Below, piece by piece: positions 35,645 to 44,986 of a stretch of DNA of 64,000 nt; the first letter of the stretch is position 1, and the number at the start of each line of letters is the position of its first letter. The notes under the pieces were generated by a model that saw only the letters and a program-made list of their open reading frames with translations, searched no databases and was not told the origin of the DNA. The translations under genes were made by a program, and so were the position numbers. Origin of the DNA: an uncultured Collinsella sp. (GTDB lineage Bacteria; Actinomycetota; Coriobacteriia; Coriobacteriales; Coriobacteriaceae); the NCBI GenBank assembly GCA_900540875.1, contig UQHT01000004.1, positions 28,972 through 92,971 on the forward strand, written 5' to 3'.

Positions 35645-36595
35645 ATGGTTAACGAGAAGAAGGTCGCTATTGTCGGTTGCGGTTTCGTCGGTTCGTCTTC
35701 GGCGTTCGCGCTGATGCAGAGCGGTCTGTTCTCTGAAATGGTCCTCATCGACGTGGACAAGAACCGCGCCGAGGGTGAGGCTCTGGATATCGCGCACGGC
35801 ATGACGTTTGCCGAGCCGATGAAGATCTATGCCGGCGATTATTCTGATGTCGCCGACGCCGCTATGATCGTCGTCACCGCTGGCGCTGCCCAGAAGCCCG
35901 GCGAGACCCGCCTGGACTTGGTCAACAAGAACGTCAACATCTTCAAGTCCATTATTCCCGAGATTAAGAAGTCTGGCTTCGACGGCATTCTGCTCATCGT
36001 CTCCAACCCGGTCGATGTTCTGACCTATGCCGCCATCAAGATGTCCGGCCTGCCCGAGGGCCATGTCATCGGCTCCGGCACCGTGCTCGACACCGGTCGT
36101 CTGCAGCAGATGCTTGGTGCCCACGTTGAGGTCGACCCGCGCGATGTCCAGGCCTATGTCATGGGTGAGCACGGCGACTCCGAGTTCGTTGCTTGGTCCA
36201 GCGCCCAGGTTGCCGGCGTTCCGCTGAACACCTTCTGCGAGCTTCACGGTCATCTGGAGCATGAGGCTGCCGAGAAGCGCATCGCCGAGGACGTCAAGAA
36301 CTCCGCCTACACCATCATCGAGAAGAAGCACGCCACCTACTATGGCGTCGCCATGGCCGTCAAGCGCATTTGCACCGCCGTCATGCGTGACGAGCAGACC
36401 GTTCTGCCCGTCTCCTCGCTCATGGTGGGCGAGTATGGCCTGTCCGATCTTGCCATCTCCATGCCGACCGTCGTTGGCCGCGACGGCGTTGTCTGCCGCG
36501 TCCCCGTGCCGCTGAACGATGACGAGCAGCATGAGCTCACCGCCTCTGCAAAGGCCCTCAAGGACATCATCGACAGCGTCGACTTCTCCTGCTAA
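35645..36595 (+). CDS. ldh: L-lactate dehydrogenase
   Basis: VAIVGCGFVGSS NAD-binding motif and a catalytic His region. Ldh-family pattern. Confidence 0.9.
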   Translation: MVNEKKVAIVGCGFVGSSSAFALMQSGLFSEMVLIDVDKNRAEGEALDIAHGMTFAEPMKIYAGDYSDVADAAMIVVTAGAAQKPGETRLDLVNKNVNIFKSIIPEIKKSGFDGILLIVSNPVDVLTYAAIKMSGLPEGHVIGSGTVLDTGRLQQMLGAHVEVDPRDVQAYVMGEHGDSEFVAWSSAQVAGVPLNTFCELHGHLEHEAAEKRIAEDVKNSAYTIIEKKHATYYGVAMAVKRICTAVMRDEQTVLPVSSLMVGEYGLSDLAISMPTVVGRDGVVCRVPVPLNDDEQHELTASAKALKDIIDSVDFSC

Positions 36596-36626
36596 ATCAA
36601 GCTCTTTTGGGCAACAGGCTACAATG

Positions 36627-36662
36627 AAAGGCGTCCGGTCCACACGGTCCGGGCGCCTTTTT
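36627..36662 (+). terminator. Intrinsic terminator after ldh
   Basis: AAAGGCGTCCGG...CCGGGCGCC followed by TTTTT. Confidence 0.6.
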
Positions 36663-36693
36663 GGTGCAAAGTAACCTGACCCCAATGCACCAT
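36659..36693 (+). repeat. Hairpin motif TTGGTGCAAAG-AACCTG(A/T)CCCC-ATGCACCA, copy upstream of DUF2974 gene
   Basis: A near-identical copy lies at 37871..37908. The 7 to 9-bp stem encloses the AACCTGNCCC core shared with the family B hairpins. Confidence 0.5.
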
Positions 36694-36709
36694 AGTTGAT
36701 GGGAGCGCC

Positions 36710-37870
36710 ATGTCGGATTCGCCTAATTTTTTGACCTATGCCCAGACGGCGTTTGACCCGTTTGAGGAACGGCCGTTCTGCGCGGTGGATAGCCTGGTCT
36801 TTGCGTGGTTGTCCTATTTGCGTTTGCCGGGTGATATGGCGGAGCTGACGAACTGGCAGGGCCTAGACGTACGCGAGCTGCTTCGTGCCGAGTGCTACCG
36901 GGACATGATTGGCGACCTGTGGGATCCAGAGGGGAGCAGGGCCTTGTTGGAGGCCGTGGCAGCAAGCCCTCGCTACCGTGGCGTGCACGTTTGCGGCTAT
37001 CGTGCCGTGAGCGATGTGGTGGCGACAGAGCAGTTTGCAGCCATGGCGTTCCGGTTTCCGGCGGGGTTTAGCTATCTTTCCTTCCGGGGGACCGACAGCA
37101 CGATTGTGGGCTGGAAAGAGGACTTCAACATGGCGTTCCGGTGTCCCGTGCCGGCCCAGGAATCTGCGGCGCGTTATGTGGACGAGGCGGCGGATGCGAT
37201 TGACGGGCCGCTTTTGTGCGGAGGTCATTCCAAGGGCGGAAACCTTGCGGTGTACGGTGCGGCGATGTGCTCCGACGTCGCCCGTGAGCGAATCGAACGG
37301 GTGTATTCCCATGATGGTCCGGGCTTCGTCGAGGATTTTCTGAACGGCAACGCCTTTGCCGATCTTTCCGGTCGAATCGACAAGACGCTACCTCGGTCGT
37401 CGATCTTTGGCATGATGTTCGAGACACAGGAGGACTATGCCATCGTTGAGAGCACCGAGTTCAGCCTGCTGCAGCACAATCCCTTTAGCTGGGTGGTTGA
37501 TGGCCGCGACTTCGTGTACTGTGAGCGCCTGTCCGCCGGTGCTCGATACGTTGATGGCTCCATTCGCGAGATGCTGCTTGCAGTGTCGCCTAGCGAGCGC
37601 GAGCGTTTTGTAGATGCGTTGTTCTCCGTGTTTGAGGCTACGGGTGCTGAGCGGTTTGCGGATATCGCCGGGAATCTGCGCGAGAGCCTGCCCGTGATGC
37701 TCCAGGCTGCACAAGGCTTTGACAAGGATACGCGACGCTTTGTCTCGCAGACCATCGTGGCAATCCTTAAATGCGCACTGCTGCCCAAACGACCCCAGTT
37801 CGACATGTCCGCTGCCGGTAAGAGTCTGGCAGAACAGCTCGAGGCTTGGCAGTCCGAGCTTCTGCGCTAA
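36710..37870 (+). CDS. Mbeg1-like/DUF2974 alpha/beta-hydrolase-like protein
   Basis: GGHSKGG nucleophile elbow and a DUF2974-like pattern. Confidence 0.65.
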   Translation: MSDSPNFLTYAQTAFDPFEERPFCAVDSLVFAWLSYLRLPGDMAELTNWQGLDVRELLRAECYRDMIGDLWDPEGSRALLEAVAASPRYRGVHVCGYRAVSDVVATEQFAAMAFRFPAGFSYLSFRGTDSTIVGWKEDFNMAFRCPVPAQESAARYVDEAADAIDGPLLCGGHSKGGNLAVYGAAMCSDVARERIERVYSHDGPGFVEDFLNGNAFADLSGRIDKTLPRSSIFGMMFETQEDYAIVESTEFSLLQHNPFSWVVDGRDFVYCERLSAGARYVDGSIREMLLAVSPSERERFVDALFSVFEATGAERFADIAGNLRESLPVMLQAAQGFDKDTRRFVSQTIVAILKCALLPKRPQFDMSAAGKSLAEQLEAWQSELLR

Positions 37871-37908
37871 CCATTGGTGCAAAGCAACCTGTCCCCGATG
37901 CACCAATC
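37871..37908 (+). repeat. Hairpin motif copy 2 (downstream of DUF2974 gene, upstream of NdpA-like gene)
   Basis: CCATTGGTGCAAAGCAACCTGTCCCCGATGCACCAATC. Direct repeat of 36659..36693. Confidence 0.5.
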
Positions 37909-37972
37909 TTCGATGCGCTCGGGGAGGGCTCGACCGCTATACTGGTTCGTGCCGAAATCGATCTAGAACGGA

Positions 37973-38986
37973 ATGCCGTATATGAAAATCAATCACGCGA
38001 TTCTGCATATCCTGGACTTTGACTCTGCCGTCAACGTTATGAGCCAGCGCGAGCTCGATATCGAGAGCCGTACCGTGCGCAACTTCGTGACCACGCATCT
38101 GCGCCGCGCACGTACCTCGGCTGACAATAAACGCGCCACGTTTGCCGAGAACTCTGCGTTTGGCGGCGAGCTCAAGGGTTATTTCTTTGGCGAGCGCGAG
38201 TTCGTGGACCTGTCGCAGCAGATTGCGGAGTTTATCTCCTCCGAGCTCACCAAAGCCGAGAAAGCCGAGTCCACCGACGTGCTCGTGGCTGATTTTGACG
38301 ACGATGAGGATGCCCGCTGGTTTGCCGTGATGCTGCTGGGCTCCAAGCAGGCTTTTATGCACGAAGTGGGCCGCGAGGAGGGGGAGGTGCGCAACGACAT
38401 CGCGCGCCACTACGCTATCCTGCCGAACCCCTCACAAAAGGTGCCGAGCTATGCCATCGTGCGCGCGAGCACCATGGAGATCGGCTACGTGGACAAGAAG
38501 CGCAAGATTGCCGGCGAAGACCGCATGCTCATTCCCGATGGCCTGCTGCAGTGCGACACGGGCGTATCTGGCAAGGAGGTCATCGACACCGTGACGCGTG
38601 TGGTCGAGGAAGTCGCCGAGGAACACGGCGCCAACACGGCCGTGGCGCTCGCCAAGGTTAAGGCTGCTGTGGCCGAGAAGGTTGAGGATGACGAGGAACT
38701 GCCGCCTTGGGATATCGTCGATGAGGTCTTTGAGGACGAGCCGGTCATCAAGGAAAGCGTGCGCGCGGCGCTGACCGAGGAGAAGGTGCCCGATCGTGTG
38801 CCCGTGGAGCGCAAGCAGGTCGAACGCGCCGCCGTTCGCAACCACAAGATCCGTACCGACACGGGTATCGAGATCAGCTTCCCGGCCGAGATGGGTTCTA
38901 ACTCCGAGTACATCGAGTTCGTCAACGAGCCCAACGGCCTCATCTCCATCGAGCTCAAGAATATCGGCAGCATCGAGAATCGATAA
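37973..38986 (+). CDS. Nucleoid-associated protein NdpA/YejK-family-like
   Basis: N-terminal MKINHAILHILD resembles the YejK N-terminus (INQIALHQL). Acidic C-terminal half. The start could be at 37973 or 37982. Confidence 0.5.
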   Translation: MPYMKINHAILHILDFDSAVNVMSQRELDIESRTVRNFVTTHLRRARTSADNKRATFAENSAFGGELKGYFFGEREFVDLSQQIAEFISSELTKAEKAESTDVLVADFDDDEDARWFAVMLLGSKQAFMHEVGREEGEVRNDIARHYAILPNPSQKVPSYAIVRASTMEIGYVDKKRKIAGEDRMLIPDGLLQCDTGVSGKEVIDTVTRVVEEVAEEHGANTAVALAKVKAAVAEKVEDDEELPPWDIVDEVFEDEPVIKESVRAALTEEKVPDRVPVERKQVERAAVRNHKIRTDTGIEISFPAEMGSNSEYIEFVNEPNGLISIELKNIGSIENR

Positions 38987-39013
38987 GTTGCGTTACGCCT
39001 GCAGCGAGAAAGC

Positions 39014-39050
39014 GAAGGCCGAAGCCTCGGATGAGGGCTTCGGCCTTTTT
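39014..39050. terminator. Hairpin terminator between convergent operons
   Basis: AAGGCCGAAGCC...GGCTTCGGCC followed by TTTTT. Confidence 0.6.
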
Positions 39051-39085
39051 ACTTGGGGCTTAATTTCGCTACTGGTTGAGCATAA

Positions 39086-39232
39086 GTCAGCGAAAACGCC
39101 CCAGAGCGAGCAAGGTGACGTGAAAGAGGAGGGCATTGACCTTCTGGTCATGCTCGACGATTGAACGTCAGATTGCCGCTCTGGGGCGTTTGCAGCGTCG
39201 GCTAGTTACGCGGTTTGATAAAACCGCGTAAC
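39086..39232 (-). repeat. Structured extragenic repeat family A, copy 2 (3' of dapH, minus orientation)
   Basis: Reverse complement starts directly after the dapH stop with GTTACGCGGTTTTATCAAACCGCGTAAC. It then reads TAGCCGACGCTGCAAACGCCCCAGAGCGGCAATCTGACGTTCAATCGTCG ... CACGTCACCTTGCTCGCTCTGGGGCGTTTTCGCTGAC. Confidence 0.65.
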
Positions 39233-39233
39233 C

Positions 39234-39953
39234 CTACAGCTGGCGCAGGCCTTCCTCGAGACCGGTCTTGCTGTCGGTCTGGGCGTCGCGCATCTTGATG
39301 ACGCGGGCGGGGACACCGGCCACGACGGCGCCGGCGGGGACGTCCTCGACGCACACGGCGCCGGCGGCGACAACAGCGCCCTTGCCCACGCGCACGCCTT
39401 CCAGGACCACGGCGTTGGCGCCGATCATGACGTCGTCTTCGATGATGACGGGCGTGGCGCTCGCGGGCTCAACGACGCCTGCCAGTACGGTGCCGGCGCC
39501 GATGTGGCAGTTCTTACCCACGGTGGCGCGGCCGCCCAGCACGGCGCCCATGTCGATCATGGAGCCTTCGCCAATGACGGAGCCGATGTTGATGATGGCA
39601 CCCATCATGATGACGGCGCGATCGCCGATCTCGACGCGGTCACGGATGATCGCGCCCGGCTCGATGCGGGCGTTGATGCCCTTGAGGTCGAGCATGGGCA
39701 CGGCGGAGTTGCGGCAGTCATTCTCGACGTCGTAATAGTCGATGGAGTCGGCGTTGGCGTCGAGGATTGCTTTGAGCTCATCCCAGTCGCCAAAGACGGT
39801 CTTGCCACGACGACCGCCGTAGACGTGTGCGTCGCCCCAGGCAACCTTCATGCCGGGCTTCTCGCGCACGTACAGTTTGACGGGCGTTTTTTTGGGCGCG
39901 GTGGCGATGTAGTTGATAATCTCCTGTGCATCCATCTCGGCTGCATTGCTCAT
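39234..39953 (-). CDS. dapH: 2,3,4,5-tetrahydropyridine-2,6-dicarboxylate N-acetyltransferase (DapH-type)
   Basis: Hexapeptide-repeat left-handed beta-helix. 239 aa with DapH-like N-terminus. Confidence 0.8.
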   Translation of the reverse strand: MSNAAEMDAQEIINYIATAPKKTPVKLYVREKPGMKVAWGDAHVYGGRRGKTVFGDWDELKAILDANADSIDYYDVENDCRNSAVPMLDLKGINARIEPGAIIRDRVEIGDRAVIMMGAIINIGSVIGEGSMIDMGAVLGGRATVGKNCHIGAGTVLAGVVEPASATPVIIEDDVMIGANAVVLEGVRVGKGAVVAAGAVCVEDVPAGAVVAGVPARVIKMRDAQTDSKTGLEEGLRQL

Positions 39954-39992
39954 TTGCTGTCTCTCCTTTGGGTGGATCTGGTTGATACCTGG

Positions 39993-40733
39993 TTAGGCGA
40001 ACATGACCTGGTCGAACGTATAGAAGCCGTGCTCGCGGGTGACGAGCTTCTGGGCGGCGGCCAGGGCGCCGTTGACGAAGATCTGACGGCTCGTGGCGCG
40101 ATGCGTGAGCGTGACTTCTTCGTCCTGGCCAAAGAAACTCACTTCGTGCACGCCGGCGACAGTGCCACCGCGCAGCGAGTGCATGCCGATCTCCTTGGGG
40201 TCGCGCGCTCCGCACATGCCCTCGCGGCCATAGACAGGGTGGTAGCCTACCTCGGGCTCAGCTTCGACGACGGCATCGAGCAGTAGCTTGGCAGTGCCGC
40301 TGGGGGCGTCGACCTTTTGGTTGTGGTGCTTCTCGACAATCTCGCAGTCAAAGCCGGGCAGTTCGCGCGTGGCCTGGGCAACCAGATGGCGCAGGGCGGC
40401 GATGCCGATAGAGTAGTTGCCCGAGTGCATGACGCGGGCATTCTGGCCCAGCTCGCGCAGGCGGTCCATCTGCTCGGGCGTATAGCCCGTGGTGCCGGAA
40501 ACGAGTGCGGCGCCCGTGCGCTCGACATAGGCGACGACGGCATCGAAGGTCACGACGTTCGAGAAGTCGATGATGACGTCGGCCGTCGGTGCGCTCTCGA
40601 GCTCGGACAAGTCAAAACCGATCTGGGCCACGATATCAAAAACGGGCTCTCCAGCGGCGTTGACAATGCCCTCGGCGGTAGTGTGGATGAGCGAGCCCAT
40701 GCGGCCCGTTCCCATAATGACGGTCTTAATCAA
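39993..40733 (-). CDS. dapB: 4-hydroxy-tetrahydrodipicolinate reductase
   Basis: VIMGTGRMG Rossmann motif and a DapB-family pattern. Its start overlaps the upstream ORF's stop. Confidence 0.9.
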   Translation of the reverse strand: MIKTVIMGTGRMGSLIHTTAEGIVNAAGEPVFDIVAQIGFDLSELESAPTADVIIDFSNVVTFDAVVAYVERTGAALVSGTTGYTPEQMDRLRELGQNARVMHSGNYSIGIAALRHLVAQATRELPGFDCEIVEKHHNQKVDAPSGTAKLLLDAVVEAEPEVGYHPVYGREGMCGARDPKEIGMHSLRGGTVAGVHEVSFFGQDEEVTLTHRATSRQIFVNGALAAAQKLVTREHGFYTFDQVMFA

Positions 40734-43035
40734 GCAGACCAGCTCCCTTCAGAGCATCGGTAAGTGCGGCGCGCGTGTTATCGGCCATGGGGCACAGCGG
40801 CATGCGGTAGTTGGCTTCGATCATGCCCATCTGGGCGAGTGCCTCCTTGACGGGGATGGGGTTGACCTCGCTAAAGAGGGCATTGATGAGCGGCTGGCCG
40901 GCAATTTGGATATCGCGGGCGCGCTCCACGTCGCCGTCCAGATAGGCGCGGCACATGTCGTGCACGAGCTGCGGCTGAACATCGGCCCACACGCTGATGG
41001 TGCCCGAGGCGCCCAGGCTCATGAGCGGCACGGTGAGCGTGTCTTCGCCCGAGTACATACGGAAGTCGTCGGACAGCAGGTGGGCGATCTTGGCCGCGTA
41101 GGCGACGTTGCCCGAGGCTTCCTTAATACCCATGATGTTGGGGTGCGCGGCCAAGCGCTCTACGTTGCGCTCGCTGATGCCGCAGCCGCAGCGGCCGGGG
41201 ATGTTGTACAGGATGCAGGGGATATCTACGGCATCGGCAACGGTCTTAAAGTGCTGGTAGATGCCCTCTTCATTAGACTTGTTGTAGTAGGGGGTAATGA
41301 GCAGCAGGCCGTCGGCGCCCAGGCCCTGATAGGTGAGCGACTTGGTGAGCATGGTTTGCGTGGAGTTGGAGCCCGAGCCGGCGATGACGGGGACGCGGCC
41401 TGCAACCTGCTTGACCACGGCGGCGACGACGGAGTTGTCCTCGTCATCGGTCATCGTGGCGCTCTCGCCGGTGGTGCCCAGGGTGAGGATGGCGTCGGTG
41501 CCATTTTGCAGGTGGAAATCGATAAGGCGCTCGAGTGCGTCAAAGTCGACGCTGCCGTCCTTTTTAAACGGCGTAACAAGGGCGACGATCGAGCCCTCGA
41601 GGTTGCGGATATCCATGTTCTTCTCCTTCGCTTCCGCGATCTGGATGCGTTTGTTCCATTGGACGGCGACGGCCAGGCGCTCGTCCTGAGCGCGACGACG
41701 AGCGCTTTCGGCGCGCGACTTGGCCAGCAGCTCTCGGCCGCTCGGCAACACGTCGAGCGTGGCAAAATAATCGCCCGGGCGCTCGGCGCGGCGGATAAGG
41801 TCGGCCGAGCCGTCGGGGCGCAGCAGCACCTCGGCGGAGCGCAGACGGCCGTTGTAGTTGTAGCCCATGGAGTAACCATGCGCGCCGGTATCGTGGATCA
41901 CGAGCACATCACCCATGTCGACCCGCGGTAGCTCGCGGTCGATGGCGAACTTGTCGTTGTTCTCGCACAGATTGCCCGTAATGTCGTACGTGTTTGTGAC
42001 AGGCGCCGCGGTCTTGTCGGAGCCACCCGGCTGGCCCATCACCGTAATGTGGTGGTAGGCGCCATACATGGCAGGGCGGATCAGATCGACGGCGCTTGCG
42101 TCGACACCGATATAGTCCTTGTAGATTTGCTTCTCGTGGATGGCCTTGGTGACCAGGCAGCCGTAGGGGCCCATCATAAAGCGGCCCATCTCGGTGCAGA
42201 TTGCCACATCGCCCATGCCGGCGGGAACCAGAATCTCGTCGTAGGCCGCATGCACTCCTTCGCCGATGGCATGGATATCGTTGGCCTGCTGCTCGGGCAG
42301 GTAGGGGATGCCGACGCCGCCGGACAGATTGATAAAGGCGACGTGTGCGCCGGTCTCGCGCTCCAGGCGCACGGCAAGCTCAAAGAGGATGCGCGCGAGC
42401 TTGGGGTAGTAGTCGTTGGTGACGGTGTTGCTGGCAAGGAATGCGTGGATGCCAAAGTTTTCGGCGCCCTTGGCCTTGAGCGTGCGAAAGGCCTCGAAGA
42501 GCTGCTCGGTGGTCATGCCGTATTTGGAGTCGCCGGGGTTGTCCATGATGCCGTTGGAGAGCTGGAACAGACCGCCCGGATTAAAGCGGCAGCTGACCGT
42601 CTTGGGGATGGGGCCTGCGACGCGCTCAAAGAACTCGATGTGGCTGATGTCGTCAAAGTTGACGATGGCGCCCAGCTTGTCGGCGAGCTCAAAGTCCGCT
42701 GCCGGCGTGTCGTTGGATGAGAACATGATGTCGTGTCCCGTGATACCCAGCGAGCGGGCGATCATGAGCTCGGTATAGCTCGAGCAATCGCAGCCGCAGC
42801 CGTATTCGTTGAGAATGGAGATGAGCGCCGGGTTGGGATTGGCCTTGACGGCAAAGTATTCCTTAAAGCCCGGGTTCCATGCAAAGGCGTCGCGCACCTC
42901 TTGCATGTTGCGGCGGATGCCCGCCTCGTCATATAGATGAAACGGCGTGGGGAACTGCTCGACGATATGCTCGAGCGTCTCCTTGTCCACAAACGGCTGC
43001 TTGGCCGTATATGCCTCGTTGGGAGTCAATGACAT
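40726..43035 (-). CDS. Diaminopimelate decarboxylase (LysA) fused in-frame to 4-hydroxy-tetrahydrodipicolinate synthase (DapA); DapA part 40726..41616 may also be made from an internal start
   Basis: Residues 1 to about 440 are the PLP fold-III decarboxylase (FAVKANPNP...). Residues 474 to 769 are DapA (MDIRNLEGSIVALVTPF). There is no stop between them. AAGGAG lies 6 nt before the internal ATG at 41616. Confidence 0.8.
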   Translation of the reverse strand: MSLTPNEAYTAKQPFVDKETLEHIVEQFPTPFHLYDEAGIRRNMQEVRDAFAWNPGFKEYFAVKANPNPALISILNEYGCGCDCSSYTELMIARSLGITGHDIMFSSNDTPAADFELADKLGAIVNFDDISHIEFFERVAGPIPKTVSCRFNPGGLFQLSNGIMDNPGDSKYGMTTEQLFEAFRTLKAKGAENFGIHAFLASNTVTNDYYPKLARILFELAVRLERETGAHVAFINLSGGVGIPYLPEQQANDIHAIGEGVHAAYDEILVPAGMGDVAICTEMGRFMMGPYGCLVTKAIHEKQIYKDYIGVDASAVDLIRPAMYGAYHHITVMGQPGGSDKTAAPVTNTYDITGNLCENNDKFAIDRELPRVDMGDVLVIHDTGAHGYSMGYNYNGRLRSAEVLLRPDGSADLIRRAERPGDYFATLDVLPSGRELLAKSRAESARRRAQDERLAVAVQWNKRIQIAEAKEKNMDIRNLEGSIVALVTPFKKDGSVDFDALERLIDFHLQNGTDAILTLGTTGESATMTDDEDNSVVAAVVKQVAGRVPVIAGSGSNSTQTMLTKSLTYQGLGADGLLLITPYYNKSNEEGIYQHFKTVADAVDIPCILYNIPGRCGCGISERNVERLAAHPNIMGIKEASGNVAYAAKIAHLLSDDFRMYSGEDTLTVPLMSLGASGTISVWADVQPQLVHDMCRAYLDGDVERARDIQIAGQPLINALFSEVNPIPVKEALAQMGMIEANYRMPLCPMADNTRAALTDALKGAGLLD

Positions 43036-43099
43036 GTCCCGTAAACCTCGCTATCCAGACGGCGCTACCTGCGCATCGAATCCGCATAGCGTGGACCCA

Positions 43100-43268
43100 A
43101 TGTCCGGATAGCGCTCCCGCATTGCTGCAGACAGTCCTGCGGGTGTTTCCCGCAGGCCCACCAGGCTGTTCGTGCCCGAAAAACCCAGTTCGGCGGGTTT
43201 CGCCTCCCCGCGGGGTCAAAGCCTGCCGGCTCGCCCGCGGCTCTTCGTGCCCGCGCCTCTATCAAGTG
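43100..43268 (-). promoter_or_regulatory. Lysine riboswitch (L-box) in 5' leader of lysA-dapA-dapB-dapH operon
   Basis: Minus-strand sequence contains GATAGAGGCGC, GGGGAGGCGAAACCCGCCGAAC, GGACTGTCTGCAG and GGGAGCGCTATCC. These match the conserved L-box blocks. P1 is GATAG/CTATC. Confidence 0.75.
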
Positions 43269-43414
43269 GTAACGACCCTACCACGTTGCACTTTACCAAA
43301 CAAGAGTATTCGTATATAACGTTTAAAAAATGCAGGGATATGCTGGAAATAAGGGTGTAGCAATCTTGCGGCACAATAGATAGCAGCCGACGCGCACCTA
43401 CGAAAGGAACCAAT

Positions 43415-44602
43415 ATGGCCGAGCTCCAAGAACTCCGTCGCTACCGCCGCGACTTGCACAGGATCCCGGAGCTCGACTTCGATCTTCCGCAGACGATCGC
43501 CTATATCGAGGGCGTGTTGGCACCGCTCACCTGCGAGGTGACCCATCCGTGCCCCGGCTGCGTCTGCGCTTTCTTCGACGCTGGCGTTGGCGCCGCGCAT
43601 GCCACGGCGATTCGCGCCGATATGGATGCGCTGCCCATTGCCGAGGCAACGGGGGCAGCGTTCGCTTCGACCCATCCCGGCAAGATGCATGCTTGCGGGC
43701 ACGATGGACACATGGCCATGGCGCTTTCGGCGGCAACCTTTGTCGACCGTACGATCCGTGAGCAGCCGGGCGCCATTAAGCGCAATGTGCTCTTTGTGTT
43801 TCAGCCGGCCGAGGAGACGACTGGTGGTGCCAAGACGGTGTGCGAGAGCGGCGTGTTCGAGCGCTACGGGGTGGATCGCATCTTCGGCTTCCACGTGTGG
43901 CCCGATCTGCCCGCCGGCACGTTGGCGAGCTGCTCCGGTCCGCTGCTGGCGCGTTCGAGTGAGATGCACATTCATATTCACGGGACGAGCATCCATATCG
44001 CTAAGACCTATGGCGTTCCGGTCGAGGAGTCGCACGATGCGGCGCTGGCGGCTGCCAAGTTCTTGGTTTCCGAGCGCGAGCTCATGGACGAGTTGGGTGT
44101 CGACGAGCCCTGCATTGGTAAGTTCGGCCTGCTGCAGGCCGGCACCGTCTGCAATGCGGTGGCGGGGGAGGCCCATGTTGCCGGCAGCCTACGTGTGTTT
44201 ACGGACGACATGTTCGACCGCGCGCGCGAGGGCGTGCGCCGCGTGCTGGACGATGCCTGCGTCGCAACGGGCTGCACATATGACCTCGATTTTGCCGAGG
44301 GCTATCCGCCGGTCGATAACGACCCCGAGCTGTTCGCCCACATTGCGCCCGCCTTGTCCGAGCTGCAACTTGTGGACGAGCCGCTGCTAATCGCCGAGGA
44401 TTTCGCGTTCTATCAGCGCCATCTGCCGGGCGTGTTTTTCTTGCTGGGCACGGGCGTGCCAGAGGGACAAGAAAACCCGATCGACGCTGATGGCTGCCCA
44501 GCCTATGCCACAAGCGCTCTGCATACCGATAGCATGCTCTTCGACGAGGAAATCCTACTCAAGGGCCTCGATGTCTACAAACGATTGCTTTTGCTTGACT
44601 AA
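43415..44602 (+). CDS. M20-family amidohydrolase (N-acetyldiaminopimelate deacetylase-like)
   Basis: HACGHDGH metal-binding motif. It is divergent from the lys operon. The role is inferred from the DapH-pathway context. Confidence 0.7.
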   Translation: MAELQELRRYRRDLHRIPELDFDLPQTIAYIEGVLAPLTCEVTHPCPGCVCAFFDAGVGAAHATAIRADMDALPIAEATGAAFASTHPGKMHACGHDGHMAMALSAATFVDRTIREQPGAIKRNVLFVFQPAEETTGGAKTVCESGVFERYGVDRIFGFHVWPDLPAGTLASCSGPLLARSSEMHIHIHGTSIHIAKTYGVPVEESHDAALAAAKFLVSERELMDELGVDEPCIGKFGLLQAGTVCNAVAGEAHVAGSLRVFTDDMFDRAREGVRRVLDDACVATGCTYDLDFAEGYPPVDNDPELFAHIAPALSELQLVDEPLLIAEDFAFYQRHLPGVFFLLGTGVPEGQENPIDADGCPAYATSALHTDSMLFDEEILLKGLDVYKRLLLLD

Positions 44603-44704
44603 GGCGTGAAGGACTATTTGTTCTAGATAATACGAACAAACGTACGATATAATAGAGATGTAAGTCTATAGAAACGTTTGACGTTACTAACGTAAGGCGA
44701 TACT

Positions 44705-44986
44705 ATGATTGCATCGTATAAAGATGAGGATACCGAACGCTTTGCCATGGGTGTGCGGGTCAGGAAGTTCGTGCCTTTTGAGCGTGTTGCGTTGAGGAAG
44801 ATTCGCCAACTGCAGGTTTGTGCATCGCTTGATGATCTTCGCGTTCCACCAGGCAACCGCCTAGAAGCTTTGAAGGGCGATCGTGCCGGTCAATATAGCA
44901 TCCGTGTTAACGAGCGCTATCGGGTCTGTTTTGAGTGGAGACAGGGGATGGCTTGGAATGTCGAAATCGTCGATTATCACAAGTGA
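44705..44986 (+). CDS. higB: HigB-family toxin (RelE/ParE superfamily)
   Basis: LRVPPGNRLEALKGDRAGQYSIRVNERYRVCF matches the HigB signature closely. Confidence 0.85.
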   Translation: MIASYKDEDTERFAMGVRVRKFVPFERVALRKIRQLQVCASLDDLRVPPGNRLEALKGDRAGQYSIRVNERYRVCFEWRQGMAWNVEIVDYHK

